NCBI GenBank assembly: GCA_038087875.1
Contig: CM075986.1
Location: 14,384,001 to 14,448,000, forward strand
Origin: Malacoraja senta
Lineage: Eukaryota
DNA length: 64,000 bases
Direction of reading: 5' to 3'
Under the pieces are notes generated by a model. That model saw only the letters and a list, made by a program, of their open reading frames with translations. It was not told the origin of the DNA and did not search any database. The position numbers and the translations under genes are program-made. This document shows, piece after piece, positions 51,057-63,034 of this stretch; within the stretch, counting starts at the first letter, position 1; each line of letters opens with the position of its first letter.

Positions 51057-52158
51057 AGAAAATAATGAAGACAAGGAGTCATTAGTTTGTCTCAAGGAAT
51101 TCCTTCGAAGACCCTCCTAACAGGAACAACATGGATCGAGAGTGTAAAGGAATACTGACAGGTTCGACACAAAAAGCTGGAGTAACTCAGCGGGTCTGGC
51201 AGCATCTCTACAGAAAAAGAATAGGTGACGTTTCAGGTCGAGATCTTTCGTCTGAAGAAGGGTCTCGACCCGAGATATCACCTTTTCTTTTCTCCATGAA
51301 TAGCTCCTGCAACATGTCTGCCTTCTCATTGAGATCCACCTCTGCTCCATCCCTCTGCCTAGTGACCAGACCTCATGATGTCCTTTGGGCCTGTCAGCCC
51401 ATAGAATATATTCTGCTGACCATCTATTGCTCTCCAGGGGTAGAGGATTACAAAGCTATGCAGCCCACCATGAATAAGTGTCTTCTTTATCTCAGTCTTG
51501 AACGATGGAATTCTTATCTTGACACTGGCAACCTTCCTCTTGAAGCTCCAGCCAGATACAAGAGCGTTGACTCTGTAGAGGTTTCGAAGAAAAGTAAAAT
51601 CATATCAAACTGCTGCAAATACTCAGTAGGTCAGGGAGCATCAGTGGAGAATAAAAAGTCACCATTTCGCACTGAAGACCTGTTGTCAGATACAAAGTCA
51701 TTGACTTGAGATGATAACCCTTGTTTTACACTACAAATATCACCTGACCTCCTGACTATTTTTAGTAGTTTCCTTCTTTTAAATTTCAAATCTCTTATGC
51801 CTGCATTTTGTTTGCTTTTTGATTTCCAGAACATATCTCTTTTTAACAAGATTACGATATCCCAGCCACTGTAGCACCTGAACTGTCGTTGCTGTGGGCA
51901 ACAGTCTGTTTTGAACTTTAACTAGTGGGTCTGCCTGTCACCGGCAAGGTTACTTAAAGATTTATGATAACACAAGCTGAAACATAATCAGATCTAATAG
52001 CCTCCAGATACAAATACTAGACAGCTCAACATGAGGCTTAGGAAAGGATTCCTCACCCAAAATGTTAACTTGCACAACACACAGATAGGCAAATGGATAT
52101 GCAGAGAATGGAAAGATATGGATCACGAGCAGGCATTTATCTCATATCTCATTTATTA

Positions 52159-52501
52159 GAAGAGTTAAGATTAACGGGAAGGGATCAAGGGAATCAATTG
52201 AAAAGTAAGGCTAGGAGTTACAAGAAATAATAAAAGGATAAGGGCTGAAGATTCTGTAGCTGAAGGCATGTAGTTCTTTGAAACAAAACAGATGAACTGA
52301 GAACATGGATACAAATGTGTGATCTGATGGTTATTGCAGAGACATTGCCTGTTGGTCGACAGAGATTGGGATCTGAACGTTGAAGGCCTCATGGCATTGA
52401 GGAAGGACAGGAAGCTGGAGGAATTCATAGTGGTCTTAGTACAATGCAGTGGGATGACTTATGTTCAGGAAACCAGGATGTAGGAGCAGTTTAGATGGTC
52501 T
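52159..52501 (+). repeat. Second copy of the 343-bp duplication, interrupting a CR1 3' tail
   Basis: Flanks join into ...ggatcacgagcaggca / tggtatcatgtttagcacagg...gggctgaagggcctg. Confidence 0.9.
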
Positions 52502-53634
52502 TGGTATCATGTTTAGCACAGGCAATGTGGGCTGAAGGGCCTGTTCCCGCGCTGTGCTGTTCTATGCACAGGTTGCAAGAGAATGTGGACTCAGCCCAGT
52601 CCATCATGGGCACAGCCCTCACCACCTTTGAAAGCATCAGGAGGCACTGTCTCTAGAAGGCGAAATCTATTATCGAGGATCCCAGTCGTCATGCCTCTTC
52701 TTACTGCTGCCAGTGGGGAGGACGTACCAAAGCCTCAAGTTCCACACTAGGCTCATGAACAGCTACTTTCCTACAACCATCAGATTGATGAACTGACCTG
52801 CACAACCCTAACCCCATCTCAGCAACACTAAGCACACCTCTGCACAATCATGGACGTTTTCCAGTTGTGTTTTGCGCCAACGTTTTTTTTTTTTGCAATG
52901 TCCTTTTATTTTCACTGTCATGCTAAATGTATGTGTAATTTATGAATCATTTACATTTTTGTGAGACTATGTGCCTGTAATGCTGTTGCAAGCAAGATTT
53001 TCATTGCACCTGTACCTCTCCGTACTTGACAATATGACAATAAACTCAACTTGACTAATTAGTCCTTTCTTCCTATCCATGATACCCTCTCTCCCTCCCT
53101 CTCATCCAACTGTGGTTAGACCAGACATATATTGAAGGAAGCTTCAGACTAGTATCCTGAACTGTGCAGAGATGACTACTGAAGCTCCGTGGAGAACATT
53201 GGCCGTGACAAGTTTGAAGAACTTCTCGTAGCTTTAAATCAACCACATCTGCCACTTTATGGGTTTTATTTAAATGTGTACCCATGTTATGTTTATCAAG
53301 ACACTTCTTACCACCGACCTGCTTTGTTCAATGAGAGCAAGTCTCATCCTGTTCTGCAGTGTTTCTACATTGCTGCAGTCTATTCTGGAAGTAGTACCTT
53401 GGTGTTTGTCAGGCCCTCTGTGTTTACACCACTCAACCCAGCTCATGTTGTCCTGGTTCTCGTAATTGTGCTGTTGAGATAAGGAGGTGAAGAAATAGGC
53501 AATGTCCTTGTGTAAACCAAGCACAAGGTGAAGTTCGTCTAGCTTTACTCACACCAGCAAGCATGAATGGAGTGATGCTAGAGAAGGGCATGCAATCTCA
53601 CACTTGCCTGTTTCAGTGTACAATGATGCTTGTC

Positions 53635-54627
53635 TTTTTTTTATTTTTTTTAAATTATTTTTATTAGAAGCAATTAATAATAATAATAATAATAATAAAT
53701 TTTATTTATGGGCACCTTTCAAAAGTCTCAAGGACACCTTACAAAGTTTAACAAAGTGTAGAAACATGTAAGCGGAATGAAATAAATAGTAAAGACATCA
53801 CGAGTACAGAAATTAAAGCCAGAATTCAATCCAAAAACAAAAATCAAAAAACACAATATGGAAGAGAGAGCAGTGGCTGCTAAAGCGCGCCAACGTCCAC
53901 TCTCCCCTCCGGCAGCCATCTTGGACACAAAATAAAATATCATTTACAGACAAAAATCATCCCCCCACAATGATTACCACTGTGGGGGAAGGCACAATGT
54001 CCAGTCCCCAACCCCAGTTCACCCAATTGTATAAGAATGAAACATTCGGCATGTAAAATTATACAATTATTGTACAGCTTCAATTTTGACCTTTTACCCT
54101 GAAAATGAAGGAAAAGAAGAGAGAAAGAAGAAGAGAGAGAAAAAGTGAAAAGTGAAAAAAATAGAACCCCTAGACTACCAAAGTAGTGTGGCCAAAGAGT
54201 GAATAAAGATATAAGAGAGGAAAAGAAAAAAAGAAGGAAAAAAAGAAAAAAGTGGAGATAAAAAGCCCCTCGCCCCCCGCCCACCTCACCCAACCCATAG
54301 TTGGATTAAATCCAAATTTGTGTTGTGCCATACTATCCTTGTGAGAATTTGGTAAAGGGTGTCCATGTCGTGAAAAATTGATCTGTTTTTTCTGCCAAGA
54401 CAAGCCTAATATTTTCCAGATGTAGTGTCTCGGACATGTTTGTAATCCACATCTTTACAGTAGGGACTGATGTGTGCTTCCAAAATTTAAGTATTCGTTT
54501 TTTCGCCGTTATCAGGCCATAATTAAGAAAACCTCTTTGAAATAATGTTAGCTCAGAACAGACTTCTGACGTACCTAGAGCAATCAATTCTGTGTCGGGG
54601 TCCAATTTTATTTAAAGTATTTTAAGT
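53635..54627 (-). mobile_element. 5'-truncated L1/Tx1-clade LINE with poly(A) tail
   Basis: 13-bp TSD aatgatgcttgtc at 53622-53634 and 54628-54640; T-rich tail at left; ORF 54333- AKKRILKFWK...PTVKMW...LHLENI...WTPF resembles a fish L1 ORF2 C-terminus. Confidence 0.8.
53676..54023 (-). mobile_element. Nested short retroelement with an (ATT)n tail inside the L1 3'UTR
   Basis: Minus-strand tail gtaaggtgtccttgag...gaaaggtgccc ataaataaaattt(att)n; caatt flanking duplication. Confidence 0.6.
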
Positions 54628-56004
54628 AATGATGCTTGTCAAGGAGACGGCTTTTTTTTTTCCTTTAAGTATTCCTGCATGAAGGAAGGATAAATAAACT
54701 CCCTGAGAAAAAATCAATGTCAAACTACTTCCGAAGTTGCGCATGCAGAATGGGATGGTCTATTTCTTTCTTCCTCTCCTTGTGGGTAGGATGATTTCTA
54801 ATGTCACTTTCTCTTTAACCTGCAAAGTTAGAAGTGTCTGAAGTAGGGTCTCAAACTGAAACTAGACACAAAATGCTGGAGTAACTCAGCGGGACAGGCA
54901 GCATCTCTGGATAGAAGGAATGGGTGATATTTTGGGTCGATTTTGTGTATCTGCAGTTCCTTCTGTCTACTCTTAACGAACCTCTGTTTACTTTCAACAC
55001 TCGCATGCCATTCATGCTTTCTGCCTTTCGGAGCAGCTTCATTCCTACATCTCACTTGATTGAGAGCGTGCTGCTTAATGAGACTGTCATATTGCTGGTT
55101 TCAGAGTTTATTGAAATCAACACTTCTCAGACATTCACATTTGGCCAGCATGGTTTGCTGCTTGGCTTCTAATGTAGGCAAATGCCGGTTTGTTGCCCAG
55201 TACTTGTGTACATTAACTTTTAATGTGATGGGCTGCAGTGTCAGGACAGTGCAGTGTTTTGGGTTGAACAACAACAGTGCACAAGGATGACTATGTTTAT
55301 CCACAAAGGATGCCTGGGCATTGTTTGACTGGGCGTTGCAGGTGCTATATGAATACAAGTCATGAGTTAGCTGAGTTTGAGATTGGGCCACTTGCCAAGG
55401 ATGGGCCTCTCACTAGAAAAGGAAACACTGATTCCATCATTCTATACAGATGAACCTTCTCAGATCTGAGTCAGTCAAATAACACAGAAGCAGGTGCGTT
55501 GGAGTAACTTGTCCACGCCGACCAAGATGCCCAATCTACACTAAGCCCTCTAGCCATGTTTGACCCATGACCCTCCAAAACTTTCCTATCCATGTACCTG
55601 TCCAAATGACTTAACTGTTGTTAACCTGCCTGAACGACCTCCACTGGAAGCTTGTTCCACATATCCACCATCCCTGTGTGGAAAAGTTGCCCCTCAGGTT
55701 TCTATTAAATCTTTCCCCCCTCACCTTAAACCTATGTCCACTGATGTAAAAGACTCTGTGCATTCACCCTATCTATCCCCCTCATAATTTTATACACTTT
55801 GATAAGATTACTCCTTGGAGCACAGGAGGCTGAGGGGTGAAGTCCCAAAGGATAAAGTCCAAGCATCAGACTTTCCCAAAGACCTGGAGGTTGTTGGGAT
55901 TGGCAGGGGTTGGTCAACACATGCTCCATGGATGCTGGTAACTGCAGACTTTCTGACTGAGCCATCTTCTCAACACTTAGCTGCATCTTGTTTTATTTTC
56001 GTTT

Positions 56005-56368
56005 TTTTAGTTTTCGAGACTCAGTGCGGAAACAGAACCTTTGGCCCACCGGGTCCGCGCCGACCAGCGATCCCCACACACTAACACTATCCAACACACA
56101 CTAGCGACAATTTACAATTCTACCAAGCCAATCAACCTACAAACATGTACGTCTTTGGAGAGTGGGAGGAAATCAGAGATCCCGCGAAAACCCATGCTGA
56201 TCACGGGGAGAACGTACAAACTCTGTGCATAGTCAGAGGCCTATCCTTGGCAGGTGGCCCAATCTCAAACTCAGCTAACTCATGACTTGTATTCATATAG
56301 CACCTGTAGTCAGGATCGAACCCTGTCTCTGGCGCTGTAAGGCAGCAACTCTACCACTGTGCCACCCC
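56005..56368 (-). mobile_element. HE1-type SINE carrying a 72-bp templated insertion
   Basis: Minus-strand head gtggcacagtggtagagttgctgccttacagcgccagagacagggttcgatcc. Confidence 0.8.
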
Positions 56369-56927
56369 TGATCTAGTATAGACCAGTAATAGTCTAATGT
56401 GCACTGTTCAAGATGTTGGTATCATTGTCTGTTTTGTTGTGACATAATGTGATCTGCACCTCCTGACGATGCTCTACCTAGTTCCTCTGAAACCCCTTTT
56501 GGTTTCCTCATGATGCTTTGATGCTGGAGCGATTGCTGAGATCTTTGAATACAACTTCAAACATAATAAACCCAGAAGCAGGCCTGTGCACATTGTGGAT
56601 ATGCCCTTTGGCGAATTGGTACATAGCATAACTGGCAGCAGGAAGGGCAGTTGATTTCTCACCAGCATTGCAATGAACACACTTATTCCTGTGGGAAGTT
56701 GCTGATTTTCCCAGTAGGCATGGAGGACCTGAATCGGAATTTTGTTTGTGCTCTGTCTTATCAAAGATGTAAGTGACTTGACTACCCCGCAGTTCTAAGT
56801 GGGAATGGTGTGCAATATCGATACAGTCCGACTACAGCTCTTATTGCTGACTCAGAGATTTATTTCAGACATCTTTAACCTCTCACTATTCCATTCTGAG
56901 GCCCCCACCTGCATCTAATAGACCACT

Positions 56928-57294
56928 GAAGATAGCCGCAAATTGCTGGAGTAACTCAGCGGGACCGGCAGCATCTCTGGAGAGAAGGAATGGGTGGTGT
57001 TTCGGGTCGACACCCTTCTTCAGACTGGCAACAACTATCTAGACTACATTTCTTCCCACCCTGCCTCCTGCAAAGACTCTATCCCCCTACTCCCAATTCC
57101 ACCGTCTACACCGCATCTGCGCCCAAGACGAGGTGTTCCATACCGGGTTTTCTTTTTCGCAGTCTGAAGTAGGGTCTCGACCCGAAATGTCACCCATTCC
57201 TTCTCTCCAGACATGCTGCCTGTCCCACTGAGATACTCCAGCATTGTGTGTCTATCTTTGGTGTAAATCAGCATCTGCAGTTCCTTCCTATTCA
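56928..57294 (+). mobile_element. Palindromic PLE-terminus element enclosing a PLE RT C-terminal fragment (57030-57146)
   Basis: TSD aatagaccact / aataggccact; centre translates with a 1-nt frameshift to NNYLDYISSHPASCKDSIPYSQFHRLHRICAQDEVFHT. Confidence 0.8.
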
Positions 57295-57305
57295 AATAGG
57301 CCACT

Positions 57306-57990
57306 ATCAACCCAGTGCTGAAGAAAAGTAAGGTAGTGTGCCTTAATGTCCACCATCCACTGATGCTGACGTCCACCATCACAAAGTGCTTTGAGAGACT
57401 AGTGATGGTACACATTAACTGCAGCCTCCCAGCATATCCTTGATCCACTGCAGTTTGCTTACCATCACAACTGGTCCACAGCACCTGCCATCTTCTCCCT
57501 TGCCCTAAATTCATCTCTAGAACACCTAGAAAACAAGGACTCCTACATTACACTCCTATTTATTGCTTACAGCTCTGCCATAATCCCATCTCATCTCCAT
57601 ATTTGGGGACCTAGGAAACAGCTTCCCCCCCCCCTTCAGCCACTGAATCCTCGAATTACTAACCCACAGACGTCAATCAGTGAGGAAAGGTGACAACACC
57701 TTCCCCCACAGTAATTCTCAACACCGGTGTCCTGCAAGGCTGCGTCCTCAGTCCCCCACTGTACTCTCTACACACTCATGACTGTATGGCCAAATTCAGC
57801 TCTAATTCCATCTACAAGTTTGCAGACTAAACCACTGCGGTGGGCCGAATCACGAACAATGAAGAGACAGAGTAGGGGAAGGAGATAGAGTTCAATGGCA
57901 TCAACATTACCATATTACCACACGGCCAATGAGCCACACCAATGCCTCTACTCCCTGAGGAGATTGGGAAAATTTGGCACATCTTCAGTG
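57306..57990 (+). mobile_element. Rex1/Babar-type LINE RT remnant
   Basis: LTSTITKCFERLV, DPLQFAY, GCVLSPPLYSLHTHDC and KFAD motifs with stops and frameshifts. Confidence 0.75.
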
Positions 57991-58779
57991 ACTCTTACAA
58001 TCTCTTGAGGTCATGTTCCTCAAGGTTACATTGGGCATTGTTATAACAGTGCAGGAGGACACAGACAGAAAGGTCAGGGTGGGACCAGGAATAGACGGGG
58101 CTGGCAAAGGGCAGCTTGGAGTCACCTTGGCAGACTCAATGTCAGTACTTTGCAAACCTGTCGTCCAGACTATGTTTGATTTTACCATTGTAGAGGAAGC
58201 CATCTGCAGCTTGAACATTATTCAGAAGGTTATTGGTGCAGCACAGGGACACTGTATATCTGGGGCTGGAGCGAGGCACTGGGTTCCTACGAGGCTGTGT
58301 TTATGAAATTGGCGCTCTGTTCCAACCAGACATTTACTACTGAATTACAAATCCCACAGGAGGAAACAATCTTGCAAGTTTTGATAAGGCTGTGCCATGA
58401 ATATAAATGTTTTCATTGTTGCTATGACAAAGAAGTCTAATTAATGAACATTGAATTGAATGTGGTCCTTCTGTGGAACACTTTCTTATTCATTGAACAT
58501 CCAGATTAAACAAACATTAAGGACTGCCTAGTCAAAGTGAGGGTTTCAGCCACAGATGAAGCTGAGCCAAATGAATGACTGAGCTGGAGGTGGAACTACA
58601 GTAGGGTGAAGTTCTCTACGTTACAGGCATAGCCACTGAAATACATGTGGCATCAAGGTTGCAAGTACCCCATTTCCCTCTTCATTCGTCTGCCAGAGAG
58701 CGAGGGCCAGGACATGGTGTTTGTGGTCAGAGTGGAGATATTGCCCTCAGCTTTGTTAATATTAAGGAGGAAGAGGTTT

Positions 58780-59065
58780 TAGGCGGCACAGTGTAGAGTA
58801 GTTGCCTCACAACTTCAGCGACTCAGTTCAATACTCACCTTTGGTGCTATCTGTGTGAAGTTTTGCACGTTTTTCCTGTGACCGCCCAGGTTTTCTCCCA
58901 CATCTCAAGGACGTATGAGTTGGGAGATGAACTAGCTGTTGTAAATTGCCTCTCCTGTATAGTTGAATGATAGAATCTGGGGGCTTTTGATGATAATGTG
59001 GGGGGAATGAAATTGGATAGGTTTGGATTGGTGCTAGTGGATGCTCATTATTTCCATGCTCTAAG
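58780..59065 (+). mobile_element. Diverged HE1-type SINE
   Basis: ggcggcacagtg head and body similar to 44030 and 49153. Confidence 0.6.
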
Positions 59066-61984
59066 ACTTGTAAGTTTCTATTTGAATACAGCTGGTTGGC
59101 ATTAGTGTCCTTGTGGAAATGGGCACTCTTTGGAGGTCCACAGGTAAATCCTTGGGCGTTGCCACAGGATCTGGGAAGAAAAGCTTTTGTGTATGATTCT
59201 TCTGTCACAACTGGATAAATACAAAATGGGGCAAGGTCATTGTGGACCCAGAGTACTAGTGGTGGCAGAGAGGTGTGAGAGGATAATATGGCCAACCTGA
59301 TTGAGAAGGATGAAGAGAGATGCTTCACTTCAATCACAATCATATAGGATGTCGTGGATAACTTCAATAAGAATTGTTCGGCACTGTGGTAAGGGCAGGA
59401 ATCTATTTAGAGGAATTCAGACAAGTAGTTGTTGAAGAAATGGACACAGACACAGAAGGCTCAAACTGTTCAAAGATACTTGAGGGAAAAGGGAGATTGG
59501 CGATGAAGTGGTGGTTTGCAGGGATTTAAAAGGTACTGTTTTAAGAAGAGAGATAGATGAACATGGCAGACAAAGGAGTGGGGCCGGTTTGTGAGAGGAC
59601 TATTACAACATCAGCTAACTTTGGAATTGGGAAGGAAAGATAGGTGTTCAGTGGTTTAATGGGACAGGGTCAAAGGGACAGAACAGGGGCCTCGTGAAGA
59701 AATGATGTCACTTCATTATTGTGAGATCTTGTGTTTTCTACAATAGAGGCGACAGCTCAAGGGCTCGCTGGCAGTTATTTGCCACTGAAATGATTAAATT
59801 GCTTTTTTTTGTGGAAAAGTTGAAGGACCTGTTTCTGTGTTGTATGTCTCCGTGACTTTCTGACTCTTACGATTGCTGAGTGTTTATTTAAAGGTCCATC
59901 ATTTTGGCAACGAGATTTAAAACTAGTCAAATCTACTATAATTTTGTGATTTATTCCTGGAGATTTTTTTGGAACATGTAATTTCTGGGATGGTTCACAC
60001 TAACTGTCTCTGGATTTCCTGCCCAGATAATGACCTTTCTGGAATCTATTGCAAATACATCATAACGAGAAAGTCCAGTTGCTTGGTTGAACGTTGATGG
60101 GAAAAGTCCATATTGTTGCTCAATCCTATCCTCTGCCTTTTTCAGTGTGTCACTCGACATGGAAACGGGCCACTCCAAGTCCTCTCTGACCAGCAAGCAC
60201 TCAGTTACACGAATCCCATGTCATTCCCTCCAGATTCCCATGAGCTTCCCCCAGATTCCCTCGCTCACCAGTATACGAGGGAGATTTTAACGCAGCCAAT
60301 TAATCTACTAGCCCACTCATCTTTCTGGGATATGCAGGGTACCTTTGTTGTCACCATGTAAACATGAAAACACCACACACTTGGCTAAATTACTTCTGAA
60401 TTCTCCATTATACTGGTCTTTCACAGTAACTCATCTCTGTTTTTAATGCTGTTTAAAAAAACAGCCCCATCTCACAGCCTTACTCCAGCACTTTGTGTCC
60501 TTTTGCGTAAACCAGCATCTGCAGTTCCTTGTTTTAACCATGTCTATGTATCTCCCCCATTATTGCAAGGTAAATGGACCCTACTAGAGGTAACAGTAAC
60601 CCTTGTAATGGCATCCAGTGTATTTCCCATCTTCTCTCATTTCTATTATATCCTGTAGATTCAGCTCTTTCCTTCAATCAAAAACGAGCGGCAGAGGTTG
60701 GAAATCTAAAAGTAGAAAGATGCTGGAAATGCTCAGCAGGTCAGGCTGCATCTGTGGGTAGAGACACAGTGTTAACGTTTCAGGCCCTCTGTCGTACCTC
60801 TGCTGAAGGCTGTTTGATCTGAAACGTCAGCTCTGTTTCTTTCCCAACAAACGTGACCCAACCTGCTGAATCTTTTCTGTTTAGTCTTTGCCCTGCAGCA
60901 GTGGTTTAAAGAAACGAATAGCAAGCAAAATCGTTAGATTCCAAGTGTAAATTGTTTCAGTTGCAGGCTTCTAGTCCCCACAGATCTGAGTCGAGTTTTA
61001 GTCGCCAATTAAATCAGAAATTCAACCTTCACCCATCACCCGCAGCCTTGTTGAGATTTTGTCCGATGGGATTTTTACTATTTTGCAACTGTTTTTCCAA
61101 GTCAATAGAATCCCAATTGGACATGGCCAAATGATGTAGTGCTCCAACACACCCAAGAAAAACGTTGGCATTTTTTTTCATAATAGGCTATTTGAAACCG
61201 AAGGCAAATTTTTGGACTGGATGGGAACTGGCAGCAGATTAGAAAGTAGCAAATACTTATTGGAGGCACCATGTTGGGGTGGGTATTAAGTTCTGAGAGA
61301 GTGCCTCAGAGGCCAGAGTTGGAATAATTTCCATCTTCATTACTTGGTTTAAGAAACTCTGTAAATTGGAAAATTTTGGACTTGAACCCAAACTAGGAGG
61401 CAGGAACAACAAATGTGTTAGACTAATTACATAAGTGGAAGAAAAAAACAGCATTAAATCTAAAGTGGGTGTTACAAGTATGTGTTGAATAGTGCTAAGG
61501 GAGATTTAGAGATTTTTTACAGATTCCACCCCAACCCGGTAAATCTCTGCACTGCCTTCACAAACAATTAAACAGGCCTCTCACCTTTGTCAGGCCAGTA
61601 GTAGAGTTCAAGCTATAGGAAGAAACCACACCAACCAAGGATCTGAAATGTCACCCTATCCATGTTCTTCAGAGATTCCCCCTGACACACTGAGATACTC
61701 CAGCACTTTGCATCTTTTTTTTTTAAAGAACCAGCAGCTATCGGATCACCTCTCAGCCCCTCCACTGCAGGGATAACAATCCCAGTTTACCAGTGCACGA
61801 TATACATTGGATCACACATCCCTGTGCTTCGTGTACACGGCCCTGGACCATGTAGTGTTTGAATAATTAGACATGTAAACCAGCTATTGGCAACTGCAAC
61901 CACAGCTTATATTCATATCTGCTTTTACTCTAGTAAAATGACCAATTCTGAGGAGAGTCATCAAACCAAGTATGAACTGAGGTG

Positions 61985-62345
61985 GTCATAGAGTTATACA
62001 TCGTGGAAGCAGGCCCTTTGGCCCAACTTGCCCAAACCGACCAATGTCCCATCTGCACTGGTCCCACCTGGCTGCGTTTGGCCTATGTTCCTCTAAACCT
62101 GTCCTATTCATGTACCTGTCTAAATGCTTCTTAAACGTTGCAATAGTATCTGCCACAACTACCTCCTCCAGCAGCTCGTTCCACACACCCATCAACTTTT
62201 TTTGTAAAAAAGGTTACCCCTCAGGTTCCTATTAAATCTTTCCCACCTCACCTTAAACCCATGTCCTCTGGTTCTCGATTCCCCTACTCTGGGCGAGAGA
62301 CTCTGTGCGTCTACCCGATCTATTCCTCTCATGATTTTGTACATT
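61985..62345 (-). mobile_element. CR1/HER1 LINE 3' end
   Basis: ORF 61986- VWNELLEEVVVADTIATFKKHLDRYM; reverse complement resembles 19745-20100. Confidence 0.85.
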
Positions 62346-62662
62346 AGTTAATGAGATACTACAGCAGCTTGGAGGTAGGTTAAGAGAAAGTTTTTAGGAA
62401 GCAGTTTAATGAGGTAGAGTGAATTCCAGAGCCCGAAGCCTTGACAGCCAAGATAATGCAGTGTCTGAGGAATAGATGCTTGTGGATGGAATATGTATGT
62501 GATGCCTACAGGGATATTAGACTCGGAGATGGGCATGAAGTGTAAGATAATCTATTTGAGGTCTGTTTCATGCTGTTGAAATCTGAGTCAATATAGTTGA
62601 ACGTCAATTCCTCAGACAGGCCCTTCCGTTTAGTTCTGACGATATTTATTTTTGATTTGCAG

Positions 62663-63034
62663 ATGCCAATGTATTTCTGGTGTACAGCGAGAAAGCGAGG
62701 AGTTGCCTGGAGAGCCGGGGTTCCAGCGTGGCACTGGCCCTGATCTGCAACGAGAGCTCCAGCCACCAGCAGTGGAAATGGGTCTCCAGGCTGCGTCTCT
62801 TTAACCTTGGATCCGAGCAGTGTCTGAGCACCCAGAGGAAGAACGAGACTACACCCACCCTGGGCATGACCGTGTGTGATCAGGAGTCCGCCCAGATGCG
62901 ATGGCATTGTAACAGTCTAGGCAATCAGCTCAACAGCATTCTGAATCTGCAGTCTGAAGCCGGCGCCTCAGGGCCTGAGGACCTGTGGAGGATATACAAC
63001 ACCAATGACGACCTGTGCTCTCGACCCTATCATG
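62663..63034 (+). CDS. MRC2: MRC2 (Endo180/uPARAP) exon 2, cysteine-rich ricin-B-type domain; the gene continues beyond the window
   Basis: tttgcag acceptor, gtaagg donor; 372 nt, phase 1-1; (D)ANVFLVYS..CLE..CNES..QWKWVSRLRLFNLGSEQCL..CDQE..RWHC..WRIY..DLCSRPYH with six Cys matches human MRC2 as recalled; synteny with TLK2. Confidence 0.93.

Noticed and set aside
51131-51709. 192-aa ORF
   Set aside because: Runs through PLE-terminus repeats and unique intron sequence; no recognisable protein family.
58828-59367. 179-aa minus-strand ORF
   Set aside because: Overlaps an antisense HE1 SINE and decayed LINE sequence; probably a chance ORF.
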